The notes beneath the pieces were generated by a model, which was given only the letters and a program-made list of their open reading frames with translations, was not told the origin of the DNA and searched no databases. Position numbers and translations under genes: made by a program. 64,000 bases of DNA, from NCBI GenBank assembly GCA_964016885.1, contig OZ024742.1, positions 230,268,001-230,332,000 on the forward strand, written 5' to 3'. Positions 44,974 through 58,500 of this stretch are shown here, piece by piece. This DNA is from Eledone cirrhosa. Its lineage: Eukaryota. The stretch's first letter is position 1, and each line of letters opens with the position of its first letter.

Positions 44974-47223
44974 TTATTGTTCATTTAGCTTGGGTTGGAA
45001 TTTATCAATAAAATTCTTTTCTTTGATTTTTCTCTTGAATTTACTTGGGCTGTGTAATTTGTAGAATGGAAATATTATAAATATTTTCTGACCACATGTT
45101 GCTAGATGGTTACCCAGGGGTATCTGACGGACATTTGGGTCTCTGATTTGCTGTCGGTGCACCCGTGCACGTTCCGATAGTGCATTTCCAGTTTGACCGA
45201 CAGTTCTTCACAATTCGTGCATTTAATGCAGTAAATTAGATTTCTGCTTTTGCAGTACATATTTGCATTTGGGAATATTTTTCCAGTTTTTGTGTTCATA
45301 TATTGACCAGTGTGTATGGATTGACATGTGCCACATCGACTATCATTACATTTAGATACAGTGAATGATTGGTCTTTGTTGTTAAGGTCAAACTTTGCTT
45401 TTGTTAGTAATTGCTTCAAATTTTTCGGCGGTCTTTTACTAAGTGTCAAAGATCGGTCTGTGATTAAGCCTTTTAATTCATTACTTTGAGCAATGATCAG
45501 TAGGTTTGCTTTGGCCGTGTTGAAGATATTCTGGTGACATGAGTTGTGTCATTATAAATGGTATGACCAGTTCTTGGTTTCTTCTTCCTTGGGTTGTCCT
45601 AAGTTGTTGTATAGGTAGTTTTATAGCCCGCTGTATGCCATATTCTATAAGTAGAGATGGGTATTTTTGTTTGAGCAAAAATTCTCTCAGTTCTGTTAGG
45701 CGTTGTTCTGTTAGGCGTTTGTTCTTCGTATCTTCTACAATGGTACACATTCTTCTGGTGTGTCAGTATGAGATGTTGCGTTTTGTATGAGGTGGATGGC
45801 ACGACTTAAAATTCAGATATTGATGGATGTCTGTGTGTTTATAATATATATCCGTGGTAATGGTGGTGTCGTTTTTGATTACCATTATATCTAGGAATTT
45901 TAATTTGGTACTACTCATCTCGTTTGTGAATTGGAGAGATGGGTGTAGGTTATTCAGGAGGATATTGAACTCATCCAGAGTATCTAGAGATTCTGTCCAG
46001 ATGATGAAACAGTCGTCAAGGTATCTCTTCCAAGATTTTTCAATGTACTTTCTAAAGTCAGTACTATATTTTTCCTCTATTTCTTGGTAGAGTTGTTCTA
46101 AGTATCCCATTACAGAGTTCGCGTAAACGGGAGCAAACTTCGTTCCCATCGCTGTGCCTCTAATTTGGATGTAATTCTTTCCATTGAAGAAGAAAGTGTT
46201 GTTTTCCAGAATAAGTTTGACTGCGTCTAATATAAATGGCGCTGTAAATCTGGTGGGAATCACTTCTCTATGTTTTTCCACCCAGTATTTAACCGCCTTT
46301 ATTCTTAAATCATGTGTAATGTTGGTGTAAAGGCTTACCACATCAAAACTAAGTAGAAGTGAATTCGTTTCCGTGGTTTTGGGAAGATGGCACAGGAAGT
46401 CGATATCATCCCGGATGAAACTGGGTATGTGAATAGTGGTTTCAAAATAATGTCACAAAATTGCTTAGACGGTAGGTGGGGCATGTTGGACCAGCTATAA
46501 TAGGTCTAAGTTTTAAGTCTTTAGGGTGTAGTAATTTAATGTACTCACTTTTTTGTTCTTTTACTACCAGTTGGATTTCTTTTGATTTATGAACTTTCGG
46601 TAGGCCATACAGGTTGCTGGGTTTTGGCTCAAAATTGGTGATGTAGTCGCTTTCCTTATCAGTAAGTGAGTTGTAGTATTTTGAAGCCAGGTTGTTGATC
46701 TTCTTCATGATGTTGTTGTCTATATTTGACGGTATTTCATGATAGAATGTTGTGTCTTTCAGTTGTTCGTCAACTAAATCTTTGTAGTATTCAGCATCCA
46801 TTATAACAACTGCACCCACTTTATCTGCTTGTTTAATTATTATTGTTTTATCATTTTGTATACGTTTAAGTGCAGACATTTCCGATTTGTTAATGTTTGG
46901 CCTAACATTAGTATTACGTCTAAGAGGAAATTTAGACAGGATGTCAATGTATTGGTCGAGATAGATATTTCTTCCTTTTGGGGGAGTGAAATTTGATTTA
47001 TTCTTTACAAGTGATTCATCACTCTCATTATTTTTATCAGCGAATAATTCTGCAAGTCGTAATTTTCGACGGAATTCTTGGGTATCCTCCTTCAGTTCTT
47101 GGTGGTTGGCTGTTGGAGTCGGTGTGAATTTCAGTCCTTTTGACAGAATTTGCATTTCACCATTGTCAAGATCTCTATTGGATAAATTAATTATTTTAGG
47201 ATCTACGTGTACGGTTGTTTTGG
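44974..47223 (-). pseudogene. PLE RT-endonuclease polyprotein pseudogene
   Basis: Split over ORFs 46442-47223, 45763-46341, 45481-45750, 45102-45449 and 44974-45162. The YLDD catalytic motif is intact; the YIG half of the GIY-YIG motif is disrupted. Confidence 0.9.
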
Positions 47224-47224
47224 G

Positions 47225-47256
<32 letters not shown>

Positions 47257-47258
<2 letters not shown>

Positions 47259-47691
47259 GGAAAATGTTTGACCCCTGGACAGTCCAGAAATAGCCGTCGA
47301 AACGGCTTGAGCTCTGCCGTCGGAGTCAAACATTTTCCTATTACCCACTCTACTACCCTAAGTATTGAGTACTCTGGTGCGTTATGGTCCATCTGGTTTC
47401 TTACACACCTCCTTCGTTATATTTATATATATATATACAACGAAGGAAGTGTGGTAAGGAATCAGGTGGACCATAACGCACCAGAGTACTTGATATTCTG
47501 GGTAGTAGCCTGGGTAATAGGAAAAGAGTCAGGATCCCGACGGGTGAGGTCCGGCCGTTTCGACAGCTAATTCTAAACTAACGCAAATTGTTAGCTCAGC
47601 AGTAGTCTGGCTGAGCTGACAATACTGCGTTAGTTTAGAATTAGCTGTCGTAACGGCCGGACCTCAGTAGTCGGGATCCTGACTCTTTTCC

Positions 47692-47694
<3 letters not shown>
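47257..47694. mobile_element. Compound family C foldback cluster next to the PLE 5' end
   Basis: Inverted arms ~47330-47418 / 47439-47530 around a TA tract, plus hairpin 47517-47600 / 47610-47694. The HHR 3' half GAAA-cggc-ttgagctct-gccg-TC lies at 47299-47321. Confidence 0.82.
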
Positions 47695-47774
<80 letters not shown>

Positions 47775-48939
47775 GTGTGTGTGTGCGCGCGCGCCTGCTT
47801 GTGTGTGCGGTTATATTCGTTCGCCAACGTACTTCTGTTATGATTGATCACATGGATAGGAAAAGACAATATAATTTCAGTTCAGTTTCCTTGCTTTAAT
47901 TCCAAGTCTCTACCACAACTACTCTTTTATACTTCAATCTCTTTTCTAACTTTTGTTCTGATTTTTCTGTTTTAACTTGAAATACACGCAAGCTACTCTG
48001 CTGAGGTCTTTTGGCCTCATATTTTTTCTCTTTATGGAACACTTTTGCATTGTTAATTTGTTTTGTTGTTGTCGGGAATGTTGTTGTTAGTGGGGATGGT
48101 GTTGCCGGCATTGGTGGGGTGTTGTTGGCGGCGCTGTTTATTGTGGGCCTGGCCGTAGTGATGTTGATGATGTTGGCTTTGTTTTGCTGACGTGGGATTT
48201 GGTGTTGTTTCGCCACATGTCATCTCTGATTTTACCAAAATAAGAACAAAACCATACTAATTCTCCCTATCCCCTCATTTTATATGAATATCAGAAGGAA
48301 AATAGTATCTACTGAGTCCGTTTTTAAGGCTAAAGATATGATCAACGAGATATTTAGTTGTGTGTGAATTTAGAAATGAATGGATGTATATATGTCGATA
48401 GGTATGTATGTATATAGGTACGCATGTGTATATATATGCGTGTGTGTATGTATAATTATATTAATATGCACGTGTGCTTCTATTACCATATATATATATG
48501 TATGTATGCAAATGGCAAACATAAATAACAAACCAAACGACACAGTACAATGAAGAAACATATATATAGACTATAGAATAGGATGAAAGTCATAAAAAGA
48601 AGATGAGATTTGCCGCTATAAGAAATCGAACCCTATATCACTCAGACGCCGGCTATGCTCTTTTAATCATTCAGCCAAGAGAACGTTACACCTCTTACCG
48701 TCTTGAATTAGATTGCTGAATCACAGCTTTCAGATGGCAACATATATCGTATGTAATCAAAGAAACATTGTGTATACTTAGCGGATATTATACTCACAGG
48801 ATTATCAGATAAGACTTGAGGATATAGGTGAAACTCCAATGAAACAAAACTCACCACTTATAATACAGATTATATATTTGTGTACACGCACACTCACACA
48901 CACACATACAGACACACACACACACACACACACATATAC

Positions 48940-49306
<367 letters not shown>

Positions 49307-50067
49307 CTTTTGCATTGTTAATGTATGTTTGATGTAAAGTGTGTCACCCAGTTGCAACGGTCATTCACACATATACGCATTCTGTAACAATAGCACTAGT
49401 TTTGACTCGTGCATCTCCTGCTATGCACACTAGATTTTAATTATGTCGTTTTGTGAAGACCATACTAAGTACTTCAATTGTTATTGGTTACTGTTTCGTT
49501 GCTTTTGTTGCTTATCACAAGACAGTTTTCCTTCCTTAAGGCGAGGAATACTTGGGTCACTAAAATATTAGATGTGAATGATAGTACAATGTTCTTTGTA
49601 GTTAAATTAATGTTAACCTTTACAAGCATGCGACAGAGGATGATGGGTCTATAAGAGTCAGTTATAGATTATTTCCAGATATAATTTGGAAATTTTGGCA
49701 TATTGCCTAATGGATAGTAATGCCAAATCTATCATGCATATAAAATATATTTCATCTCTGTCCTAAAGTGACAGCAACGAAGGAAACAGTCTAGTGTTTC
49801 TTGATATTCACAACAAAACTCTGCAATGACTATTAACCCTATGTCATGATATTGTATGCTTGTTTATTTATATTAGCTTGTTTATTTATGACCGTTGCAA
49901 CTTAGGTTTTCCACAGTCCATAGTTGGACTTCGGTTTGCCACGGAGTCGCGAAGCGTTGACCGAATGTTGACTTTTTTGTCTTTTCTTCTTTTAGACTTG
50001 CGGGTACTGATTATAGCTACTAATTTTCTATCAGGCAAATGACAGGGTATTTAGCTAATCATTTCAG

Positions 50068-50297
50068 GTGTTTCCTTACCATATTTCTAATAAAGACTGC
50101 CTGTTCCATACAAAACATTTTGTATTTTGTAATATAACTTTCACATTTTGTGCTGGAGTTTGGAACATAATTTAAGAATTGTATCTACATAAGATTATGT
50201 TAGAATACTTTTAGATAAATATAAACACTTTAAAACAAACAGTCCTGTATTGTAGAATCAGGAATGATTTCACGTTGTTTGGTATCAAAAGGGTTAA
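50068..50297. mobile_element. Probable TTAA-type (piggyBac-like) MITE remnant
   Basis: Ends ...ttggtatcaaaagggTTAA. Related ends at 3460-3483 (gaaatatgatacgaaaggggttaa), 4871-5110 and 38553 (ttaaccttttgaaaccaaaccgcc). Confidence 0.45.
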
Positions 50298-50500
50298 TAA
50301 TCTATGTGCACATTTTACCTAAACCACATTTACCCATAATACCAATGTCCTTGACAAGTACAAATCAAATATGGAGGTTGATTCAGTCACTTATATCTTC
50401 TCCGAAAATTCCCAATTGTCGGAAAAATATAGAAACTATAGTAATTCTGGTCTTTTATATTTTTATTTTTATCATAGTCGATGGATTATTATTATTATCA

Positions 50501-50671
50501 TTGGCAGTATCGGTGGAGGGTCGGATACCATGCTTTGTAACATAGAGTTACAGCCCTTTACGGTCTGACTTCAAATCCCGCCGACGTTAATTTTGCCTTT
50601 CATTCGTACGGGGACGATAAAATAATGACCTGGGATAATTGCTAGCCTTGTGCCAAAGGAAGAAACAATTA
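50501..50671 (+). mobile_element. Meta-domain SINE
   Basis: Same family as 35775-35961. Confidence 0.82.
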
Positions 50672-51150
50672 TCATTATCATAGTCAGACAGACATTGTGC
50701 AAGTTTTAACTTACTAGGGTTCCATTAAATGATTACCTGACATAGTCCTGGGTATTATATCCCATGTTTTTCTCCCAGAAATAGATTACCTCAAGCACCT
50801 ATATGAGAAATTATTGCTATAAACCCAGGTCATGCAAATATATATTGTATACACTTCATACGTCTCGTACTGTTAGATGGATCTGTACAGAGTATATTTT
50901 CATTATCATACGTCGGCAGTAATGGTGTCTTGAAACTTTCACTTTTCGAGAAACATAGCAAAAGAGTTTCTATGGTGAAAATATAGCAAATATTTAAAGG
51001 CAACTGCATTATCATCGAAACTGTTTTAGACTGACCATAAATTCACATCTTTCCATGCATTTAGTATACACATTTGGTATACGTCGTTAATTTACCACAT
51101 ATTTAAGCAAGCAATAAGTTTGAATAGTTGGCGCGTACAAGTAAATACGA

Positions 51151-51316
51151 AAGGCCAGCTATTACCCCAGTGTATTACTGGTACTTTATTTTATCGACCC
51201 CGTAAGGATGAAAGGCAAAGTTAACCTCAGCGGGATTTGAACTCAGAATGGCAAGGGCCGTAACTCTATGCGTCAAAGCATGGTGTCCGACCCTCTACCG
51301 ATACTCCCAATCCACC
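51151..51316 (-). mobile_element. Meta-domain SINE
   Basis: Same family. Further partial or diverged copies at ~2670, 13250, 15465, 20400, 20745, 31190, 41835, 42075, 54751, 57750 and 59134. Confidence 0.85.
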
Positions 51317-52930
51317 ATAATAATGATTTCATTTATTGGCCGCAATGACATGTTTCATTCGGGGTGTGCTTTTGTCCAATTTTGCATATTTACACCGATC
51401 GCGATCGGCTAAACATAACATTAGTATTGGACCAAGCAAGCAATATAAAATTAGCATATAATTTCCACAGGAAACTGTCTCATGCGAGCCGTTCCAAAAT
51501 GTATCTTTCTCTAACTCCCCGAAAAAATTCGTAATGGCCTTAGTTTGAATTTTGAAGAGAAAGCGGAATGTAGATGTCAACTTGCCTACTACATGCTAGA
51601 AGCAATAATAAAATCATGTTGATAATAATGGAAGTGATACTACACACAGAGCAGTCAAAAGCAAACGCAAAAACACCCCGTTTTCATGTCTACAAAATTT
51701 CTCCGAGAAAATACACAAAAACAGCAACAACACCCGTAATAATGGCAGCCCTAGTGACTTTAAAGGAAGAGGAGACATCAAGCTATTTGTACACTGATAT
51801 TGCTGACCTTGACCCAGGATTAAAAAATGCAGCCAAGAACATTAAACAAATCGCTTTGAGTACCGACGCCCACGCAACAGCAATGACAATTACGCAACCA
51901 CTAACATCACTTCCAGCACCACCTCCATTACCACTAACAATTTTGAAAAATACCGCCACCGTCATGTTGAGTGCAACATAATCCACCTCAAACCTGTAGT
52001 GATGGTATCATGTTAAAAATACTGGTGGTAGCGCAACCTTAAACTTACTAATCCCTTTTGTGAGTGACTAAATATTTCAAATAACATGGTATAAAGGAGG
52101 CTGCAACTTCATGCGAAGGGATCTCACCCGACGAATGTTCCCTGACCCAGCAGCAGGGACCCGGCAGCATTCATTACCATATTTGATGCAACATTTTAAA
52201 ATTAAACATAAACTGGGTAGCCTAATTGACGTTTTATGTGCTCCAGTTATAGATTTCAAATACATGAATATGTCTTCGTACGTGCATGTCTATATATATA
52301 TGTATAGGTATGTTTGTATATGTTTGTTTGTATATATCTATATATGTGTGTGCATGATTGCGTGTGTGTGTGAAGGTGTGTCTGTCTACACGGGGGGGGG
52401 GTATATATTAATCTTATTAGTTCTGTAAATGCAGGCTATTGACAAGTTATTCGAACATATTTAAAAGCTGCGTGAGTTATGAACTTAAGATGTTCTCTAG
52501 AAATTATCCTTTTTACATATCATTGAAATAGGCCTTGCTCTAAATATGCAGCTTCCGTTTAGCGGATGTACGCCATTTTTATTTCAAACTTTATTGTTTA
52601 AGAACAGTATGAAGCATTCGGATGATATGCTAGTCCTTTGTTTTCCATAAAATGGTATTAACGTAGTCACAAATCATAATATATATTTTATAAAAGACTG
52701 ACGGAACAAAGGTCAAGAGAATCACTATATCTTTTATATATTCTAGAAGTTTCCTCTACAAAATAATGGTAGACGCGAGGGAAATATTTCTCATTAGTCA
52801 TATTTGTGAAGATGAAAATGGAATTGGAATATGATAATATCATAAGAATGTTTCATAAACTTGAAAGAAAATAAGTTTTCGTGAGATATGTAAGGTAGGT
52901 AAATGCATGACATATGGGGCACACACACAC

Positions 52931-53054
<124 letters not shown>

Positions 53055-53495
53055 ATATATATACGTGTGTGTGCATGTGTATGTATGTGCGTATGTATGT
53101 ATGTGTGCGTTTGTGTGTGTTTGTGTGTGGGTGCGTGTGCGTGTGTGTATTTTGAAAATATTCGAAATTTTAGTAAAACATATTTCATTCGTAATCACGC
53201 GTATCATGTGTTTCGGAAATAGTCTGCTCGGGACCTTGATAGACAACAACCAGCTCGACTCTTGGGTCGATTTTCTCATCAGGAAAATGGAGATTAGAAT
53301 AGGAATATATATATCTGTTTTAAACGTGATTACGAATACATGTTGAACCACAAATTCGATCATTTTCTTAATATAAACATTCTCCATATCACGCAAATAA
53401 AAGACGGATGTCAGTGTTAGATCAATACATTTAACACGGGCGAACCAATAAAGTAAAAGAATTCACCGTTGAAACAGGTACGATCTATAGTCATT

Positions 53496-53862
53496 CTTCT
53501 TCTTCTTCTTCTTCTTCTTCTTCTTCTTCTTCTTCTTCTTCTTCTTCTTCTTCTTGAGAGGGTCGTGGGCGCAGAGTCCTCAAACACTCCTTCCAGCGGA
53601 ACCTGATCCTGTCAGAAGCAACCGCCTCTAACTGATCTGTCTGGATCCTCAAGCGAAACTAACCCTGCTCATGGACATTATCCAAATATCTTTATCGTGG
53701 TCTAAGCTGGCTCTCCTGCCGATAGGTTTTGCCCGTATAATCTATCCGGTGGTTCTTTCCTAATTGTATTAGCAACATGCCCATAGTATCGGAGCTCCAA
53801 TCTCTGAATTCGGAGAAGTAGCAGCTCTACCTGGAGAGACTCTCTGATTTCCGAACTACGTA
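53496..53862 (-). mobile_element. RTE-clade LINE 3' fragment with (GAA)n tail
   Basis: Minus frame IRESLQVELLLLRIQRLELRYYGHV (RTE LRW/YGHV motif), then a C-terminal DRIRFRWKECLRTLRPRP, followed by (GAA)n at 53496-53555. Confidence 0.8.
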
Positions 53863-53892
53863 TTCTATCGTGTAACGCTAACAGGCTATAGT

Positions 53893-53978
<86 letters not shown>

Positions 53979-55482
53979 TATATATATATATATATATCGA
54001 CAGTCGCCGCCTTCCGTCAAATCGGACCGAGGAAACGATGTTTCCATTGGTCTTTCCAATTGCTAATACTATCTATAAGTCGCAACTCCAGGTAGAAGGA
54101 GCAACGTGAAATAAAGTGTCTTGCCCAAGGACATAACGCATCACCCGGTCCGTTAATGGAATTCACATCCTCACGATTCCCAATCCAATTCTCTAACTGT
54201 CTTTCAATTCCTATTTACCAAATTTCGCCCACAGGATATCGCTCAATCCTAGAAAACACTTGACTAATGAGCATCTAAGTGCTAGTGAATTCGGTACTAC
54301 GTGATAGGGAATCGAAATCTTGAACCACACAGCTGTAACTTTATATTCTGTTGTGAATATTTTGCGAAATTATACAACTTTAGTCGTTTTAATGGAAACC
54401 AGTCAGAATCTTAGAATATATTGCATAAGACATCCGGAATTGGATCGATCGCTGCATGTGGCAGATATATTAGCCAGAGCAGCTGTCAAATCGTATTAAA
54501 AGGTTATTAAATGAACCAAAGGGTATTTACGGTTTATACAAATCTTACATATAATTCTCTCAACACAGTTACAATAAACTGTCATGAATATAAACATAAC
54601 ATTAGCGGTTTCTTTAGTGTGAGGAAAATATCAGTGTTAATCTATACATAACTACAGTGTTTCGGTGGAATCAAGCATGTCAAAATGGTTATGAAATGTG
54701 CTTCGTAATCATGGAGTTCTGGATTCTATCTCATTGTGTAACATTATTTTTCAAATCCCGCCGAGGTTTACTTTACCTTTCATCCTTACGGGGTCGATAA
54801 GATAAAGTACCAGTAATGTATTGGGTAATTGCTGGCCTTGTGCCAAAAGTAGAAACAATTATTTTTCAAATATACTTTTCCCTATTCCTGAAAAAAATTA
54901 ATTAGCGGATGGATTATATCTATAATTAAATGTCCGGTTTTGTTAAAGTTTCATACTGAATCTAGCTTTGGATAATGTGAAGGGCAGCCGTGTTTGTGAA
55001 TTATTCAACCCTTTTTATGTTAATCCATGAGTTGGAGTTTAGTTGCTCGAACAACAGAATGCTCAATGTTGTGTGCAGCAAATGTCACTTTAATTCTTCC
55101 TGGTGTCTGCAGCAATAGTACACATGCGTGCGGAATACTCAGCCACTTACACGCCTCCAATTCAATGAGCAGGTAATTCAATTGATCAATTATTAAAACA
55201 ACAGAATACTCACCGCCGAAATCGACGTAAATCGATTTACGTTTCAACTTAATTTTCTGTAATTGTAGTTTCTGATGATAGGGTTTGGTTTTAATCTATT
55301 AATAATTTACTTATAAATAAAAGAATAATTATCGCTCTACATGGCTGTATAAATGTAATCTGAGTTTTTCGAATATTAATAATAATATTCAATTCGTTTC
55401 CAATTATGAAAACAGCCTCTTTTTTAAAGTCATGTCAGTAGAAAGGGCCCTTCATTCTTGCTCCTGTGTTGACATGTGAACA

Positions 55483-55532
55483 GAACTGCAGACACTAATG
55501 TTTCTGGGTATTACCCTTCATCAGTACAGTTC
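55483..55532 (-). ncRNA. Solo hammerhead ribozyme with long stem I
   Basis: gaactgta-CTGATGA-a-gggt-aat-accc-a-GAAA-ca-ttag-tg-TC-tgcagttc. Stem I extends with gtgaaca/tgttcac past a small bulge; GUC triplet. Confidence 0.82.
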
Positions 55533-58500
55533 ACTGTTCACCTGCCAACTGTTAGAGCTAGTAAAAAAATATATTTTCTAAAATATACAGTGACTGATGT
55601 GCCTGATTAGCATATTAGCATTTTTTTTTATTATTATGCTGTAAATTGAATTTTATGTTTTATAAAGCGTCCTCGTATTACTGTTGTCTTTTCTAACATA
55701 GACGTAATATTCTTTCAAAGATTTATTTTCCTTATAACGAACTGCAGCCGAGTAAATCGTCAGTGTGTTTGTTCTGAAATGTTAGACAATATAAAGTTGC
55801 AATATCGTTTTATTCTAGCTTTGGTACAACCTTGATTATCGGATTCCCCATTTGAAATATTTAGATTTGATTCTTGACCAATCGATACCGATACCATTTT
55901 TTATTTTTGTTTTAATCATTTGTTTTCTTTGCGTATATAGCATCTCGTGGATATTCCTTTGCTTAAAATTATATAATTTTAAGCAAAGGTGCTTAAAATT
56001 ATACTCTCTTAAAAATTGGTCAGATTTTACAGAAGTGAACTAGTTTTACTTACAAGATAGGATAAAACACAAAATTAGTATTTACGTTCAAATCATTCTG
56101 CTTCTTAATGTATGGTTTGGAATGACAAGTCCAAAAACGAAGGAAAGTAATTTTCTTTTCCAGCCGCATAATCTTAAAATGTCCACCTAATGTCAGCCAA
56201 GAATTTAACAATCGCTAGAAGTAGATCAACACTCAATGAAGACTATGATCAAATTTCATCGAGATATAATCTCTAAATAAGTAAAAACAAATATAAAAAA
56301 TCTGAAAGATTTCATGTGGTAGATGTCATTTATGACATGCAACCATATGAACATGCAACCATAACAACTTCTTTCGATTATGGCCAATCTATATTTTATG
56401 TGGTGTTAACTACAGCATGTAAATTGAATTGGCAACTGATGATGGCAGAAATCGCTGTCACGTTAAATTATTTTCGTGCGATACGATTTCAGCCTTGCTG
56501 ACGATGTGATAAAACCGTCAACCTCTCAGATCAGCTTTATTAAATTATACGGTTATGAAATATTAATTTTCACCATCTTCTGAGCTTTTCGAAAAGTCAT
56601 TGTTGTATTGGTAGTTGTAAATAATAACGTGTTCCTCCTAGCAAATAAAATTAGTAATAATTTTATTGTAGCTAGTTTAAATAGGATGTTGATTAATTTC
56701 TTCAAAGAAACTCTATCACGCTCTTAACACGAAAGAAGAAGAATATATAACTTTACTTCAAGGTAATACTTGCTATGTGCCATGATTAAATATTAACGAA
56801 AAATGAATATCTTTATAGGAAATTTCCCGAGAAATCTATTGCTTAATTAGCGCATAAAGTTTAAAATTGCCATTGTATACACAATAGTTTTATACACTAT
56901 ATACAAAATTATAAACAACGCTTTAAGTATTTGTTATCCCGTGTGAGAAATATATTTTGCATACTACGTTACTTAACCAACTCAAATCTAGATAAATGTC
57001 TCGATAGGATACAACAGAGATTTAACTCAAACATATATTAGCATCTTCTAAATATAGAAAGTTATAGTTTATTATTCTATAGATTTTTACCCATACAAAA
57101 TAGAAACAGCACAAGATTAAAATAAATCTTCGAGAAATGTGTATGTAAGCATACATATATAAACATTTTTTTTCAATTGACGAAGAAATACGTAAATAAG
57201 ACATGTTTACGTATATAAATGTGTGTTAAAATACACATTGCCTGCAGCTTTAGATAACTCAAAGAATGTTTTTGTACAGTTAGAGATATCTAGTTTACTT
57301 CAGCTGCTTAGTGCTTAATATATTATCGAGTAAACTTATGTTTTAACTGTTACTGCATGAGTAATTTAATTATAATTAAGTATATAGATTGAACGGCACT
57401 TCATTGTGAACAGACAAAAAGTAATCTTCTGGACAAAATTTTCAAACAGTCTTCAGTATTTTATCAAATATAGATTCAATACCAAGTTTTCGGCAGTTAA
57501 TGGTCGGGCATATCTTTGATCCCGATATGCTGCGTACAATTTTAAATAACTGCGTCTTCATAATATTATAGTTCAGGGGAATGGATAGTATTTTCAACTT
57601 CATGTTTTTAGTAAAATCATATAATCCACAAAATTAGATAATCCGGCACTGGGCTGGGACCAAATGTGCCAGAAAATTGGCTTTGTACTTGCATTAGGAA
57701 TGTTAGAGTCAATGTAACAGGAGGATACCGTGGGATAATATGTTGTCAATATTTAGGCACATGGCCATCCAATTTAGTGGAACGGTAAAATTGATTAAAT
57801 CGACTCCAGTCCTTGAATAGTACCTTATTTCGTTGCCACCGGAAGGATGAATGGCAAAATTGACCGTAGAAGTATTTGAGCTCAGAATGGAAACAGCCAG
57901 AACAAATAACAGAATGCTCTACCAATTCTACCTATCCGCAACTCCCAGGCAGGACAAAATATTAAATCATCTACAGAATTGCGTATCCCCTTCAAAGACT
58001 AATATATCAACGGACTAAAAAGAAACAATGTTGTTTAATTATTTGACTATTAAATGATAGATTGATATCCAGACACCCTGCAAATAATCTGTATCAAAAT
58101 ATTTACTAAAATCTGTTCATAAATGAAGACTTCATTGAGTTCTATACAGAATAAATTTACTAAATTTATTGATGCAACAATGTTTTAGGTATAGAGTTAA
58201 ATGAGATTTATGGCTAGTTAAATATTCAATCCTGCGTCGAAAATAACCAAAACATTTTAATGGCTTCAATTAATTCAAGTATTATATTTAATTGTCAGCG
58301 ATTGTTACATTATGTGATTTGCGTTATTTTCGATTATAATAATATTACATGATCGAATAAGTATTATTTTTTTCAGTCATTATAAATTAACTCTTCTTTC
58401 TATAGAAGTACGAATACAACGAGTAATTTAATAAACAAAAACTTAAACACTATATAGAATGAATTATATAATTTGAAATTTGACCAGAAATATGAGAGTT

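Larger units (their letters stand above)
44302..47223 (-). mobile_element. Penelope-like retroelement (RT + C-terminal GIY-YIG endonuclease), degenerate, probably 5'-truncated, flanked by (TA)n
   Basis: Consecutive frameshifted ORFs carry PLE motifs: IINLS..LSKGLKFTPTP, LYGLPKVHK, LRPIIAG, QIRGTAMGTKFAP, WKRYLDDCF, FLDIMV, YLNFKSCHP, Cys linker CNDSRCGTC, NLIYCIKCTNC, H..CG and RKIKEKNFIDKFQPKLN. A 3' non-coding region containing an HHR ends at the (TA)n at ~44283-44302. Confidence 0.93.

Noticed and set aside
47224-47392. N-terminal MDHNAPEYSILRVV... of ORF 46442-47392 as the PLE start
   Set aside because: Chance read-through across a TA tract from a family C repeat.
53185-53290. Minus-strand CTGATGA...GAAA with plausible stem II
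   Set aside because: No UH after stem III and stem I unclear; at best a decayed relic. The same applies to ~36420-36515 and ~37065-37140.
56430-56462. CTGATGA-tggca-GAAA-tcgctg-TC hammerhead-like hit
   Set aside because: Stem II cannot form, and stems I and III do not pair.
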